This document shows positions 38,231 through 47,999 of a DNA stretch of 64,000 nucleotides, piece by piece (within the stretch, counting starts at the first letter, position 1; the number at the start of each line of letters is the position of its first letter). The DNA comes from a virus: the IMG/VR virus record IMGVR_UViG_3300008954_000020, positions 1 to 64,000 of that record, one strand, 5' to 3'. The notes beneath the pieces were generated by a model. The model was not told the DNA's origin, did not search any database, and saw only the letters and a list, made by a program, of their open reading frames with translations. The position numbers and the translations under genes were made by a program.

Positions 38231-39171
38231 TTGAATTCACACTCCATCATTAATTGAACTAAACATGCAGTAATATTAATCTCAGGGTCGGCAACAAATG
38301 CAGCCTTATACTGATAATCTCCGAGAATCAAGATGGCCATCGGAATGGTTTTTGATTCAAGGTGGTCGTATAATCCATCATATATGGTTCGAAAGATTTT
38401 TGTTTGGTCATTGTCGATATTATCAACAACCCACTTACGAACTTCATTAAAGTTTTTTGTCTTCATATTATCCATTAAAGAATCAATACGAAGGTCGCCT
38501 GTGGAAGAAAGAATACCAACATCGATTTTTCCTGAAACAGAATATCGTTGAAGTTCATTAAGAACCCTACGAAAATCGGGAAAGTGTTTCATGATTAATT
38601 CTGCAAGAACCTTGTCGTTGTATTCGATATTTTCAGTTTCTAAAATTAACTTACATCTATCAAAAACCTGTTCTGCAAGAACCTTTTTCTCTTTGCCGGG
38701 AATACGAAATTCTACAGTTGTACATCGTGAATGTAAAGGTTCGATGATTCTATTTTTAAAATTGCATGTTAGAATAAATCGACAGTTCGATGAGAACTCT
38801 TCAATAAATCCACGAAGTGCGGGTTGGGTTGACTGTGCATTTGAATAATCAAATTCATCAAGGATGACTACTTTTTGTCCACCAGCAATTGAAACCGTAC
38901 TTGCAAAGTTTCGAATCTTTGTTCGAAGGGTATCAATATTACCATCCTCGGAACAGTTAATTAGAATATAATCTAACTCAAGTTCATGACACAGTGCTCG
39001 AGCCACTGTTGTCTTTCCACATCCTGCACCGCCCGACAAGAGAAGATTTTGCATCTCTCCTGAATTAATAATTTCTTGAAATGTTTCTTTAATAGAATAA
39101 GATAGAATGCAATCTTTGACTCTTTGAGGACGATATTTTTCGACCCACAAAGTGTTTTCAATAGTTTTCAT
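38227..39171 (-). CDS. gp44: Clamp loader large subunit (gp44)
   Basis: WVEKYRP, GCGKTT, DEFD, HSRC. Confidence 0.95.
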   Translation of the reverse strand: MKTIENTLWVEKYRPQRVKDCILSYSIKETFQEIINSGEMQNLLLSGGAGCGKTTVARALCHELELDYILINCSEDGNIDTLRTKIRNFASTVSIAGGQKVVILDEFDYSNAQSTQPALRGFIEEFSSNCRFILTCNFKNRIIEPLHSRCTTVEFRIPGKEKKVLAEQVFDRCKLILETENIEYNDKVLAELIMKHFPDFRRVLNELQRYSVSGKIDVGILSSTGDLRIDSLMDNMKTKNFNEVRKWVVDNIDNDQTKIFRTIYDGLYDHLESKTIPMAILILGDYQYKAAFVADPEINITACLVQLMMECEFK

Positions 39172-39172
39172 A

Positions 39173-39865
39173 TTATTCTCCGTAGTGAGAATCAGATTCC
39201 ATAGCAATATAATACTTCAAATCGATTGATTTGTGATTAAATTGTGATACAATCTTTTCTGTGATACTTACATCATAATCGCCGGGAAGGATTTTAAGAT
39301 TTTCTACCTTGAAGTAAAATTCGAAATCCTCACTTGTTCCAAGTTCGCCCAAATCAATAGAGTAACTATTACTGCCACGGTCAGCCTTATCCAGAGCAAC
39401 AAGTTGTAAAACCTCGCCGTCATTTCGGACACAGATATCAGGAACCTGAAGAACTGCAGCCGCCTTTTGGATTTCATTGAATTGTTTTTGAGTTAATTCA
39501 AAAGAAACAACAGGTTCCGGCATATTAAGTTCTTTTGTTGCTGACAACAAAAGCGATGGGTCAGAATAATGATATCGAACAGATGCACCACCGCTTTCAC
39601 TGATGGTCACATACTTTTCTTCAAACATCAATTCGGGATTATTAAATAATGAAATAGTTCCAAGGAACTTGTTCAAATCCCAAACGCCAAACGGAATATC
39701 AAAATCTTCAGACACAGTTGCTTCTGCCATGATATTTTTCATGGGAGATAATGTCTTGATTGTATTTCCTGTTTCGACCAGAAGGTTCGTATTAATTGTT
39801 GCAAAGTTTTTGAGAATGTCGAATGTATTTCGACTCAATTTCACTGTATTCATAGTTGTAGTCAT
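39173..39865 (-). CDS. gp45: Sliding clamp (gp45)
   Basis: LKNFATIN, DLNKFL, KVENLKILPGDY, YYIAME. Confidence 0.93.
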   Translation of the reverse strand: MTTTMNTVKLSRNTFDILKNFATINTNLLVETGNTIKTLSPMKNIMAEATVSEDFDIPFGVWDLNKFLGTISLFNNPELMFEEKYVTISESGGASVRYHYSDPSLLLSATKELNMPEPVVSFELTQKQFNEIQKAAAVLQVPDICVRNDGEVLQLVALDKADRGSNSYSIDLGELGTSEDFEFYFKVENLKILPGDYDVSITEKIVSQFNHKSIDLKYYIAMESDSHYGE

Positions 39866-40096
39866 TCACCAATCCTTATCTAAGGTGTCTCCATACCAAT
39901 CGTTTATATCATCGAGGTCTTTGGAACTACGCAAGTTGTTTCCATAGTCCTTAAAATCTCGAAGTATATGTTTAGTGTCCTTCCGCTTTCTTCGGGACTT
40001 ACTTTTCTTTTGACTACGAGCCGAACTAATATCATAATAATCTTCGTACTCGTTGTGTGTTTCTTTTTTGTTTTTCTTACTCATCTCAAATATCAC
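39866..40096 (-). CDS. Small charged hypothetical protein
   Basis: First gene after the 40103-40130 promoter. Confidence 0.55.
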   Translation of the reverse strand: MIFEMSKKNKKETHNEYEDYYDISSARSQKKSKSRRKRKDTKHILRDFKDYGNNLRSSKDLDDINDWYGDTLDKDW

Positions 40097-40102
40097 GCAT
40101 GT

Positions 40103-40130
40103 ATTTTACCACAAATACACAAGATGTCAA
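40103..40130 (-). promoter_or_regulatory. Sigma70-type promoter TTGACA-N16-TAAAAT
   Basis: Consensus -35 and extended TGn -10, intergenic. Confidence 0.75.
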
Positions 40131-40157
40131 GTGTATTATTTTGTATTTGTGTGGGCA

Positions 40158-40991
40158 TCAAACAAACTCCTGAATGTTTTCCATAAGGTTCCGCAATCGT
40201 TTTTCAATAAAGTAAGAAAGGATTTTACTTCCATCAGTTTCGGTAGTTTTATTGAACTGAGAGAGTACTTCTTCTTCTATGTAGGAGGGAATCATATTAA
40301 GATTAATCATCCTATTATTTCTATCATAGTTTCTATTTTCTGTCCACTTATGTAATTCTTCTCGAATCATTTCTGCCTTTTTATTTCCACATCCCGTTTG
40401 TCGTTTTCCTTCTGTCACGAACACATCATCATCTGAAAGGATGTTGGGTATACCATCTGATGCATCACCCTTTATGATATGGTCTACAAGAAATCGTTCG
40501 GGGTCACTACAAACCAAAAACGATTTCTTCAACGGACTGTATTGTTTAACATTAGGATATCGCTGTAATTGTTGAAAATCTTTGTCGTTTGAAACGATAA
40601 CAATATTTTCTTGCAGATGATATTGTTTTGCAAGGATACCAATAATGTCATCTGCTTCTGCTCTGTCCACTGTGATGTTTTTGAATGGAAATATTTCTTC
40701 TACTTCTTCACGAATCGTATTCAAACATTTATAAATTACATTCCAGTCAAACTTAGATTCTTTTTGGTCTTTCCTGCGACTAGCTTTATAGTGTGGGAAT
40801 ATATCTCTTCGCCAACAATGCGGAGAGTCGTTTGCAATTACAAGTTCGCCATACTTATTCTTGAATTTATTTCGATACATTCGATATGTGTTCAATACTA
40901 AATGCCTAAGAATATCTTCATCAACTTCTCCATTACGAATGGTTGTAAAAATAGCTGCTAAAATAATTTGGTTGTTATCAATAATAATCAT
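40158..40991 (-). CDS. rnh: T4 RNase H (5'-3' exonuclease)
   Basis: WRR...YKASR, EADDII, SNDKDFQQL, GDASDGIPN. Confidence 0.93.
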   Translation of the reverse strand: MIIIDNNQIILAAIFTTIRNGEVDEDILRHLVLNTYRMYRNKFKNKYGELVIANDSPHCWRRDIFPHYKASRRKDQKESKFDWNVIYKCLNTIREEVEEIFPFKNITVDRAEADDIIGILAKQYHLQENIVIVSNDKDFQQLQRYPNVKQYSPLKKSFLVCSDPERFLVDHIIKGDASDGIPNILSDDDVFVTEGKRQTGCGNKKAEMIREELHKWTENRNYDRNNRMINLNMIPSYIEEEVLSQFNKTTETDGSKILSYFIEKRLRNLMENIQEFV

Positions 40992-41392
40992 TTCTTTTTC
41001 TTCTTTAGTTTTTTCTTGCCTCGTTGAACAGCATCATGAAAACATTTTAGTTTTTGGTCTGCGTGGCTTCGCATCCAATTGCGGTCTTCTTTGTTGCCAT
41101 TCGATTGCATCCAAAAAGCCAGTTCTATTAGAAATTCACTTCCTTCAACATATTTTCCATTAAAGAAAACTCGTACCCGAAGGTCTTTCCCCCGTTCAAA
41201 AAATGGATAGTCTTCTTTGGGTGCTAGTTTATATGTACGAATTGAAAATTTCGAAGAGATAATTTCCAGACCGGCTTTCATATACTTCTCGTAAGATAAT
41301 GATGTCTTAGGAGAAACTCCACTCGTCCACTCTCGTTCAACCTTTTTTGATTGAACTTTCTTTTTGGTCTTTTTCTTGGTTTTGTTTTTCAT
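40988..41392 (-). CDS. Hypothetical basic protein
   Basis: Overlaps both neighbours. Confidence 0.55.
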   Translation of the reverse strand: MKNKTKKKTKKKVQSKKVEREWTSGVSPKTSLSYEKYMKAGLEIISSKFSIRTYKLAPKEDYPFFERGKDLRVRVFFNGKYVEGSEFLIELAFWMQSNGNKEDRNWMRSHADQKLKCFHDAVQRGKKKLKKKKK

Positions 41393-43110
41393 AACATTTT
41401 GCTGAAATTATTTTGTTTTTCAAAGGTCATTTGGTTTGGAAATTTATCAGCCAATTGATCTGATTTGTGGCTGATTACGAATATATTACATCTTTGACTT
41501 AAAGAATGTATCAATTTTAAAAATTCTTCTGTACCAAAAGCATCGAGCGACGAATCAAATACTTCATCAAGAATTAAAAGATTTGTATTTGCACTATTCT
41601 TTAATCTAGCAATTTCTCGCCATGACAAAAGAAGTGATAAATCAATTCTCATTTTTTCTCCTTCGCTAAATGACATGTAACTAAAATCGTCACGGTGTCT
41701 GCTCTTGATGGTTTCATTGAATTCTTCGTCTAATGTAAATTGAGCAAAGAAGTCCATTGAAGCCAAATATTTGTTGATGAGTTTATTCATCATAGGAAGA
41801 TAGTGTTTAATGATTTTTGATTTGATACCGCCATCCTTTAACAACGAAGTGGCAATATCATAATAATACAAATCTTCAATTCGTTCTTTCTTTTCTTCCT
41901 GTTGTATATTCATATTTTGTTTGTAGGTTGTGAGTTTTTCAGTTTCACTTTTGATTTGGTCTTGGTCTTTTTTAATCAGTTCAGTTTGTTCTACTAATTT
42001 TTCCATATACCCAACGGCTGCACTAACCCACCCATTCTTAGAAGAAATGTCATCTTCCAATGCAGTAATTTCAGAAAGTTTGTTGTCTACTGTAATGGAA
42101 TGTTCTTGTATTTCTTCGTAATGAACAGCAAGTTCTTCCATTGCATTTTCAATTTCAACCAACTTATCTTTCTTCCGTTCAACAGTTTTAATTACATTGG
42201 TATTTGATTCATCAATATCTTGTGTACAGGTGGGACAAACTTCATTCATTTCAAAGAATAAAATGCCCTCTTCGGCTTTTCTTTTATTTGATCCTAGTTG
42301 TTTCTTTAGAACTTCAACCCTTCGAATCTTTGATTGTAAATCACCATACGATTTTATTTCTTTTCGTTTGTGGTCTGATGTTAATCTCAAGTCTTCGATT
42401 TTGGTTTGATGGTTTTTAATTTTCTTCTTGGTTTCTAATATTTCTTTTTCGTTTTCTGCGGAACTTTGTTCTGATTTCTTAGATACATTTTCGATATGAG
42501 ATTCTAGTATTTCGATTTTTTCTTTTAGAACTTCGATGTTAAATATAATCTCTCTGTGTTCTTCTCGACAAGTTGATATGTGGGTTTTAAGAATCGTATT
42601 CATATCAGAAAAGATATTGATATCCAGAATATCTTCAATAACTCCACGCCGGTCTGATGTACTTAATTGCATAAAAGGAACAAAGGACGAACTACCTAAA
42701 ATCACAACTTGTGTAAAAGACTTATAATTCATTTTTAGAATTTGGTCTTCCAACATTCGCTGATAATCTTTTGTCTTGGCATTTTGGTCGAATAATTCCC
42801 CGTTTCGATAAATTTCAAATTTCTTGGGTTTTATACCTCTGATAATTTTATATGAATCATCACCAATTTCAAACTCTACTTCCACCCACAAGTTTTTCTT
42901 GTTTATACTGTTAACCAATTGCGGAATATTAATTTTTCGAAATGGTTTTCCAAATAACCCAAAGGTGATAGAATCTAATAATGCAAAAGATTTTCCATGA
43001 CCGTTATTCCCTGATACAAGAGTCATAGAATGTCGGTCTAATTGTATTTCTGTAACAGCGTTTCCGAATGAACCAAAGTTTCGGAAACGAACTTTCTTAA
43101 AATTTATCAC
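41389..43110 (-). CDS. gp46: Recombination ATPase (gp46, Rad50-like)
   Basis: GNNGHGKS, CPTC hook, FSEGE, LDEVFD, ISH. Confidence 0.95.
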   Translation of the reverse strand: MINFKKVRFRNFGSFGNAVTEIQLDRHSMTLVSGNNGHGKSFALLDSITFGLFGKPFRKINIPQLVNSINKKNLWVEVEFEIGDDSYKIIRGIKPKKFEIYRNGELFDQNAKTKDYQRMLEDQILKMNYKSFTQVVILGSSSFVPFMQLSTSDRRGVIEDILDINIFSDMNTILKTHISTCREEHREIIFNIEVLKEKIEILESHIENVSKKSEQSSAENEKEILETKKKIKNHQTKIEDLRLTSDHKRKEIKSYGDLQSKIRRVEVLKKQLGSNKRKAEEGILFFEMNEVCPTCTQDIDESNTNVIKTVERKKDKLVEIENAMEELAVHYEEIQEHSITVDNKLSEITALEDDISSKNGWVSAAVGYMEKLVEQTELIKKDQDQIKSETEKLTTYKQNMNIQQEEKKERIEDLYYYDIATSLLKDGGIKSKIIKHYLPMMNKLINKYLASMDFFAQFTLDEEFNETIKSRHRDDFSYMSFSEGEKMRIDLSLLLSWREIARLKNSANTNLLILDEVFDSSLDAFGTEEFLKLIHSLSQRCNIFVISHKSDQLADKFPNQMTFEKQNNFSKML

Positions 43111-44171
43111 TGTGAAAGACTCTCCGTGTACAGGTCTTTAATTATCTTCTTCAACTTTCCTGTGTTTTCAATTTCTTCCATTGTATCAATCTCATTCAGA
43201 ATAAGTGTCAGTGTATCCTTGGACATGTCAATAACATCCTCATCATCAATTTCTTGTTGAATTATGTCTTCAATAATTGTGAGATTGCCTACTTGTGCAT
43301 TATACAGTTTATCTAAGAACCTGTCAAACAAATAAGGACTTCTTTTATATCTTACAAAAACTTTAACTTGCCCATTTTTATATTTTTTGAAATCGCCGGA
43401 CTTAATCCAATCTTCGATTTTTTCTGATTCACTATCATCATAATCGATAGCATGAAACATCCGTAATGGGTTTTCAATAAATTCAAGAGTTCTAGTTTCT
43501 GTATCAAAAACATGAAATCCCTTTCGGACATTTAAATCCGTAAAAGTAATTTGATACTGGGCTCCCAAATAATAAATGTTATCTTTATTGCTCTTTTGAT
43601 GAAAGTGTCCAGACCAAACTTGTTCAAATCGTTTTAACGGTTTATCATCCATCCCACCATCATGTCTAATGCCGGGCACAATTTCATAACCATTTAATTC
43701 AAAATGACCCACAGCAATAGGACATGCCGTAGAGTCCAATAACTTTAAACACTTGTCTTTGTTTGATTTATTTATCCACGGAACCATAACAAAACCTTCT
43801 TTATCTAACCACAGTTCTTGTGGTGTTTCGATGATATTAAAGTTTTTGTAACGGTTACCTAACAATTCACGAACAGAATTTAGTTCGTTAGTATTTTTGT
43901 AATAGGTATCGTGATTACCAAGAATAATATGAGTTTCTATACCGATATCTTCTAACGGTTCTAGAAATCTTTTTCTGGTATTATTAAGTGTATTGAAATT
44001 TACAAATTTCCTTCTGTCCATCAAATCGCCCAAGTGAAAAATAGCGTCTATTTTATTCTCTTGGATGTAGGGAAAGAAGGTTTCTTCAAAAAACTGAAAG
44101 AAGTAATCTGCAAATATTTGGGAGTCCGCTCGAGCCCCAAAGTGCGTGTCATTAATCAGTGCTATCTTCAT
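43107..44171 (-). CDS. gp47: Recombination nuclease (gp47, Mre11-like)
   Basis: DTHFG, GDLMD, GNHD, SGHFH. Confidence 0.95.
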   Translation of the reverse strand: MKIALINDTHFGARADSQIFADYFFQFFEETFFPYIQENKIDAIFHLGDLMDRRKFVNFNTLNNTRKRFLEPLEDIGIETHIILGNHDTYYKNTNELNSVRELLGNRYKNFNIIETPQELWLDKEGFVMVPWINKSNKDKCLKLLDSTACPIAVGHFELNGYEIVPGIRHDGGMDDKPLKRFEQVWSGHFHQKSNKDNIYYLGAQYQITFTDLNVRKGFHVFDTETRTLEFIENPLRMFHAIDYDDSESEKIEDWIKSGDFKKYKNGQVKVFVRYKRSPYLFDRFLDKLYNAQVGNLTIIEDIIQQEIDDEDVIDMSKDTLTLILNEIDTMEEIENTGKLKKIIKDLYTESLSQ

Positions 44172-44706
44172 TATCTAAAAACTCGTCTAGGCTTCCTTGC
44201 TTTTTTTTAGTTTTCTTTTTCTTTGGTTCGAACTTTTCAATATCTGTTGGAGACAATCTCATCATGTCTGCAATTGGATTATCGCTATTTGTTCTGACCT
44301 TTAAATTTTCTTTAATTGAACCGTCAATATCGGTTATTTCCATCATTTTGTATTTGATGTAATTTTGTTTCTTTTCTTTTTGAATTCTACGCAGGAATGC
44401 ATAATAAATTATTTGAGTAAAATATGAAAATGGATTTTTAGATTTATCAGGGTCGAAATTACTGCAATACATTAAACAGTTTTCGATTCCATCCCCTATC
44501 ATTTCTTCTCGATAGGGATAATTTATAAAGTTTGGTCGCCAAGCCAAATTTGTTGCAATGTCAACAAAACATTTTCCAATATATTCGGTAACAGGAGGTT
44601 TATCTTCCCCTTGTGCCTCAGCATTTTTTACTTGTTCTTTCCATTGTTTCATTGCCGCATAAAATTCTTTATTATCAATATAATGATTTACTTTCTTTTT
44701 AGCCAT
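44152..44706 (-). CDS. gp55: Late sigma factor (gp55)
   Basis: HYIDNKEF, RPNFINY, NPFSYFTQI, RRIQKEK. Confidence 0.95.
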   Translation of the reverse strand: MAKKKVNHYIDNKEFYAAMKQWKEQVKNAEAQGEDKPPVTEYIGKCFVDIATNLAWRPNFINYPYREEMIGDGIENCLMYCSNFDPDKSKNPFSYFTQIIYYAFLRRIQKEKKQNYIKYKMMEITDIDGSIKENLKVRTNSDNPIADMMRLSPTDIEKFEPKKKKTKKKQGSLDEFLDNEDSTD

Positions 44707-44738
44707 GATTCATTCTAGAACCTCCTTCCATATCACAT

Positions 44739-44766
44739 AGTATACACCAAAAATGTACTATGTCAA
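44739..44766 (-). promoter_or_regulatory. Sigma70-type promoter TTGACA-N16-TATACT for gp55
   Basis: Consensus -35 with an AT-rich UP-like tract. Confidence 0.75.
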
Positions 44767-44869
44767 GTTTTTTTATTTAATTTTGAATTTTGTTCTTGCT
44801 TTGTGGCTTGCCAATGGTATTATCTCATTGTAGCCGTTTGTAGATTTAAATAGGTTGCCAGCCTTAAGG

Positions 44870-45502
44870 CTAGAGATAATCTTTGGGGTCGATTGGCCAA
44901 TGTCCATAATGATTTCCGAATTCATCGGGGTCATCAAATTTTTCTGGGCAATCGTCATCAAAGTCCCAATCATCTTGAGTGATTGTTTGTGTTTCATCGG
45001 TGTGTGCATCAATCAATGTCATTAAATCATTTAAAAAATCTTCAGTAATTGGCAATTGTAATTTATTCAATTTTTCCATGATTGAAGCTTCATCCATTAT
45101 GTCTCCCTCTTGATTTTTTATATCTTCTAAAAGTTCTGATAAATCTGCTTCTGAGAAGTTATTCATGGCATCTTCAACCATTTTTGAGATTTCATTTTCT
45201 TTGAAAAGGCCGGGAGCATCGTCATGATTCATTCTGCGTTCATACATTTCTGTAATTTTTGGATCGGCAGTACTGGTGTGTAAAACACGGTTCTTTTCTA
45301 TAGTTGTAGATAAATCTATTGAAAATTTCAACCAATCTCGAAGGAATATAAATTCCTTTGAATTCATGGGGTTTTCACCCATCATAAATGCATTAATTGA
45401 ATATGGTCTATTTACAGTATATTCTTTATCGTTTTCGGAAACTAGATTTCCGATTACGCTTTCTCCTGATAATAGTCGAAATATTACTGGGCCCTTTTTC
45501 AT
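44870..45502 (-). CDS. Conserved T4-like protein with Sm-like N-terminus and acidic tail
   Basis: FRLLSGESVIG; position between uvsW and gp55. Confidence 0.6.
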   Translation of the reverse strand: MKKGPVIFRLLSGESVIGNLVSENDKEYTVNRPYSINAFMMGENPMNSKEFIFLRDWLKFSIDLSTTIEKNRVLHTSTADPKITEMYERRMNHDDAPGLFKENEISKMVEDAMNNFSEADLSELLEDIKNQEGDIMDEASIMEKLNKLQLPITEDFLNDLMTLIDAHTDETQTITQDDWDFDDDCPEKFDDPDEFGNHYGHWPIDPKDYL

Positions 45503-45505
45503 GTC

Positions 45506-47005
45506 TTATCCTTCCGAATAAAGATTTATTGGTACTACACGGTATTCAAATTTTTCAGATTTGTATATCTTAAGTCGTTCATATGCGTGTCGCAATGTAT
45601 GATTATTCCATTTTTTCCAATGAAGATCATCTGCGATATCATATAGTTTTGCTTTATCTTTGTGTTCTGACTTTCTTAGTTGCCTTCCTATACTTTGTAA
45701 GACTCTAATCCTACTTTTTGATGGTGAAGAAAACACGATATTGTGTAGTCTTTTTATCGAAATTCCTGTACTAAAAGTTCCGTATGAAGCAATTATAATT
45801 GCGTTAGATTCTTTCTCTGTAATTTGACGAATCTTTTCTCTAACTTCAATATCAGTCCCTCCGTACACGAAAAATATATTTCGATTTTTACACTTGTGTT
45901 CCATTGTTTTACATAATGGTTTACCGTGTTTTGAAACAAACTGAAATAATACTAATGTATTCCCCTTTAACTTATTACAGAGATTACAAATAAAATCATT
46001 TCTCTTAGTATTTGAAAGAAGATAATCTATCTCCCCTTGATATGTAGACCTTTTAATTTCGTTGCGTATGTATTCTGGATATTTTAACAGGATACAATCT
46101 ATAGAAAAGTCACTAAGAAGGTCTTTTTCAATTAATTTTTTAGTAGTTGTTACTTTAAATATCGGCCCGAATAGACCTTCGATTACGAGTTTGTGGGTTT
46201 GAGTTCCGTCCAGTGTTCCTGTTGTGCCGAATCGGTACGGGCACTCTTCTAGTTTGGACATAATGTTTGTCAAAGATTTGGCTTTGAACAGATGGCATTC
46301 GTCCCCGACAACCATTGAAAATTCGTTGAAATAAGTTTTTGGTAATTTGTAAATACTTTGCCATGTTGAGATAACCACCCTTTTCTTTTTAATAAGTTTC
46401 TCTCTGCCAGCAAATACTTTGTGACAGTTTTTCTCTACATCCCAATCTGATTGGGAACTATAATCTGCAAAGTCATTATACATTTGGGTTACAAGTGATG
46501 TTGTTGGTACGACTATCAATACCTTTTTGTTCGATTCAATATGTTCAAGGTAATATCTCATCAACATGTAAATTATTAAAGACTTTCCTGATCCAGTGGG
46601 TGAAAGTAATAAACATCTTTCGCTGTTTACTGCATACTCAAAAGCCATAGATTGGTGTTTATGTGGTGAAACTGGTTTATCAGATATACGGATATCAAGT
46701 GAATCAATAAATTCACCGAAGTCGTTTTGTCTATCATTTAGTTGTAGGTCTGGGTCTACTTCGCAAGAGTAGTTTCTGTCTTTAGCAAACTTAACAACAT
46801 AGTCCAGAAGTCCTGCGTATATTCTTTGACTGTGTACATTATAGAGTTTAATCTGGCCGTCCCACATCTTATTTCTAAATGCGGGCATATATTCATGGCC
46901 AGGAACTTTAAATGTGAAGAAATCCGAAAGCTCTTTTGCAAGCCCTCGTTCACAGTTAACTCTTATGTTGACTGAATCAACGGGTTGTATTACCAAATCA
47001 TTCAT
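45506..47005 (-). CDS. uvsW: SF2 helicase UvsW
   Basis: WDGQIKL, PTGSGKS, DECH, QSIGR. Start refined to MNDLVI; CATAAATA at 47014-47021. Confidence 0.95.
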   Translation of the reverse strand: MNDLVIQPVDSVNIRVNCERGLAKELSDFFTFKVPGHEYMPAFRNKMWDGQIKLYNVHSQRIYAGLLDYVVKFAKDRNYSCEVDPDLQLNDRQNDFGEFIDSLDIRISDKPVSPHKHQSMAFEYAVNSERCLLLSPTGSGKSLIIYMLMRYYLEHIESNKKVLIVVPTTSLVTQMYNDFADYSSQSDWDVEKNCHKVFAGREKLIKKKRVVISTWQSIYKLPKTYFNEFSMVVGDECHLFKAKSLTNIMSKLEECPYRFGTTGTLDGTQTHKLVIEGLFGPIFKVTTTKKLIEKDLLSDFSIDCILLKYPEYIRNEIKRSTYQGEIDYLLSNTKRNDFICNLCNKLKGNTLVLFQFVSKHGKPLCKTMEHKCKNRNIFFVYGGTDIEVREKIRQITEKESNAIIIASYGTFSTGISIKRLHNIVFSSPSKSRIRVLQSIGRQLRKSEHKDKAKLYDIADDLHWKKWNNHTLRHAYERLKIYKSEKFEYRVVPINLYSEG

Positions 47006-47021
47006 TCCATTAGTATTTATG

Positions 47022-47534
47022 CTATGGAATGATGGATTCTCCGTCAAAAAGAACTTTAATGTCTTTTCTCTCAATTCGACCATCCCAATTTACTACATCA
47101 ATTCCAGCAGCATTCATTAATTCTAGGCCTCTATCGATACTTTCTTTCCATCTATTTGTGGCAAGTTCGTACATTAAATGATGGCCTACAAATTTAGAAA
47201 TACCGCTTTGAACAATTCCCCTAGCACATTCAGCGCAACACCACCAAGGACAATACATGATTAACCCAGAAGTTGAAAACCCCTTTAATGCACATCTATA
47301 AATAGCATTTCTTTCTGCATGTTCAAAGTACTCATACTTTTCGGGTCGTTCAAACATAGATTTTGTTGGATTAATACCATGTGTAAAGGTATTTGTTGCA
47401 TATGTAACCACACCCTCTGCGGGTGAAACTAATACACAACCAACTTGCGTTACGGGGTCTTGACTTTTATCTCTTGCATATTTGTATGCTTCGGTGAGAT
47501 ATACCCTATCCATAGGATCGAAAGATTCACTCAT
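47022..47534 (-). CDS. dCMP deaminase
   Basis: SQDP..QVG, HAERNAI, CAEC. Confidence 0.88.
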   Translation of the reverse strand: MSESFDPMDRVYLTEAYKYARDKSQDPVTQVGCVLVSPAEGVVTYATNTFTHGINPTKSMFERPEKYEYFEHAERNAIYRCALKGFSTSGLIMYCPWWCCAECARGIVQSGISKFVGHHLMYELATNRWKESIDRGLELMNAAGIDVVNWDGRIERKDIKVLFDGESIIP

Positions 47535-47965
47535 TGGCCACTCACAAACTTTTTCCATTCAATTGCATTTTTGATATTCCATTGGAGATTGTTAATATTT
47601 TTAAGAATTTCTTCGAGATGTTTAATCTTCTCTTCACAATAGTCCATTTTAGAACTAGAAGTAATTAAATCATCATCCGAATCTAAATATTTGTCTATAT
47701 CTTGTTTGAGGATGTGTAATTGAAACGGTTCCCAGCCCAATTCTTTCAGGGTTTCTTCGTCTAACTTGCCGGTGTAGTACTCCCATTTGACCCTGTATAA
47801 GCGCTTGTAGTCCGCCCTAAGGCGTTTGTATACCATAGTTTCATTGCGTAGGTAATTGAGGTACTTATTATGTAATTGTGGGATATTTAACGATGCAATA
47901 TCCAGTTCGGTTGGGTCTACTTGCAAGTCCCGTTCAGCCTGATTCATTATTTCTTTTAAATCCAT
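47531..47965 (-). CDS. uvsY: Recombination mediator UvsY
   Basis: IPQLHNKY, YYTGK, IKNAIEW. Confidence 0.9.
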   Translation of the reverse strand: MDLKEIMNQAERDLQVDPTELDIASLNIPQLHNKYLNYLRNETMVYKRLRADYKRLYRVKWEYYTGKLDEETLKELGWEPFQLHILKQDIDKYLDSDDDLITSSSKMDYCEEKIKHLEEILKNINNLQWNIKNAIEWKKFVSGQ

Positions 47966-47971
47966 AAACAA

Positions 47972-47999
47972 ATTATACCACAAAAAAGTGGAATGTCAA
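47972..47999 (-). promoter_or_regulatory. Sigma70-type promoter TTGACA-N16-TATAAT
   Basis: Perfect -35 and -10 with extended TG. Confidence 0.85.
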
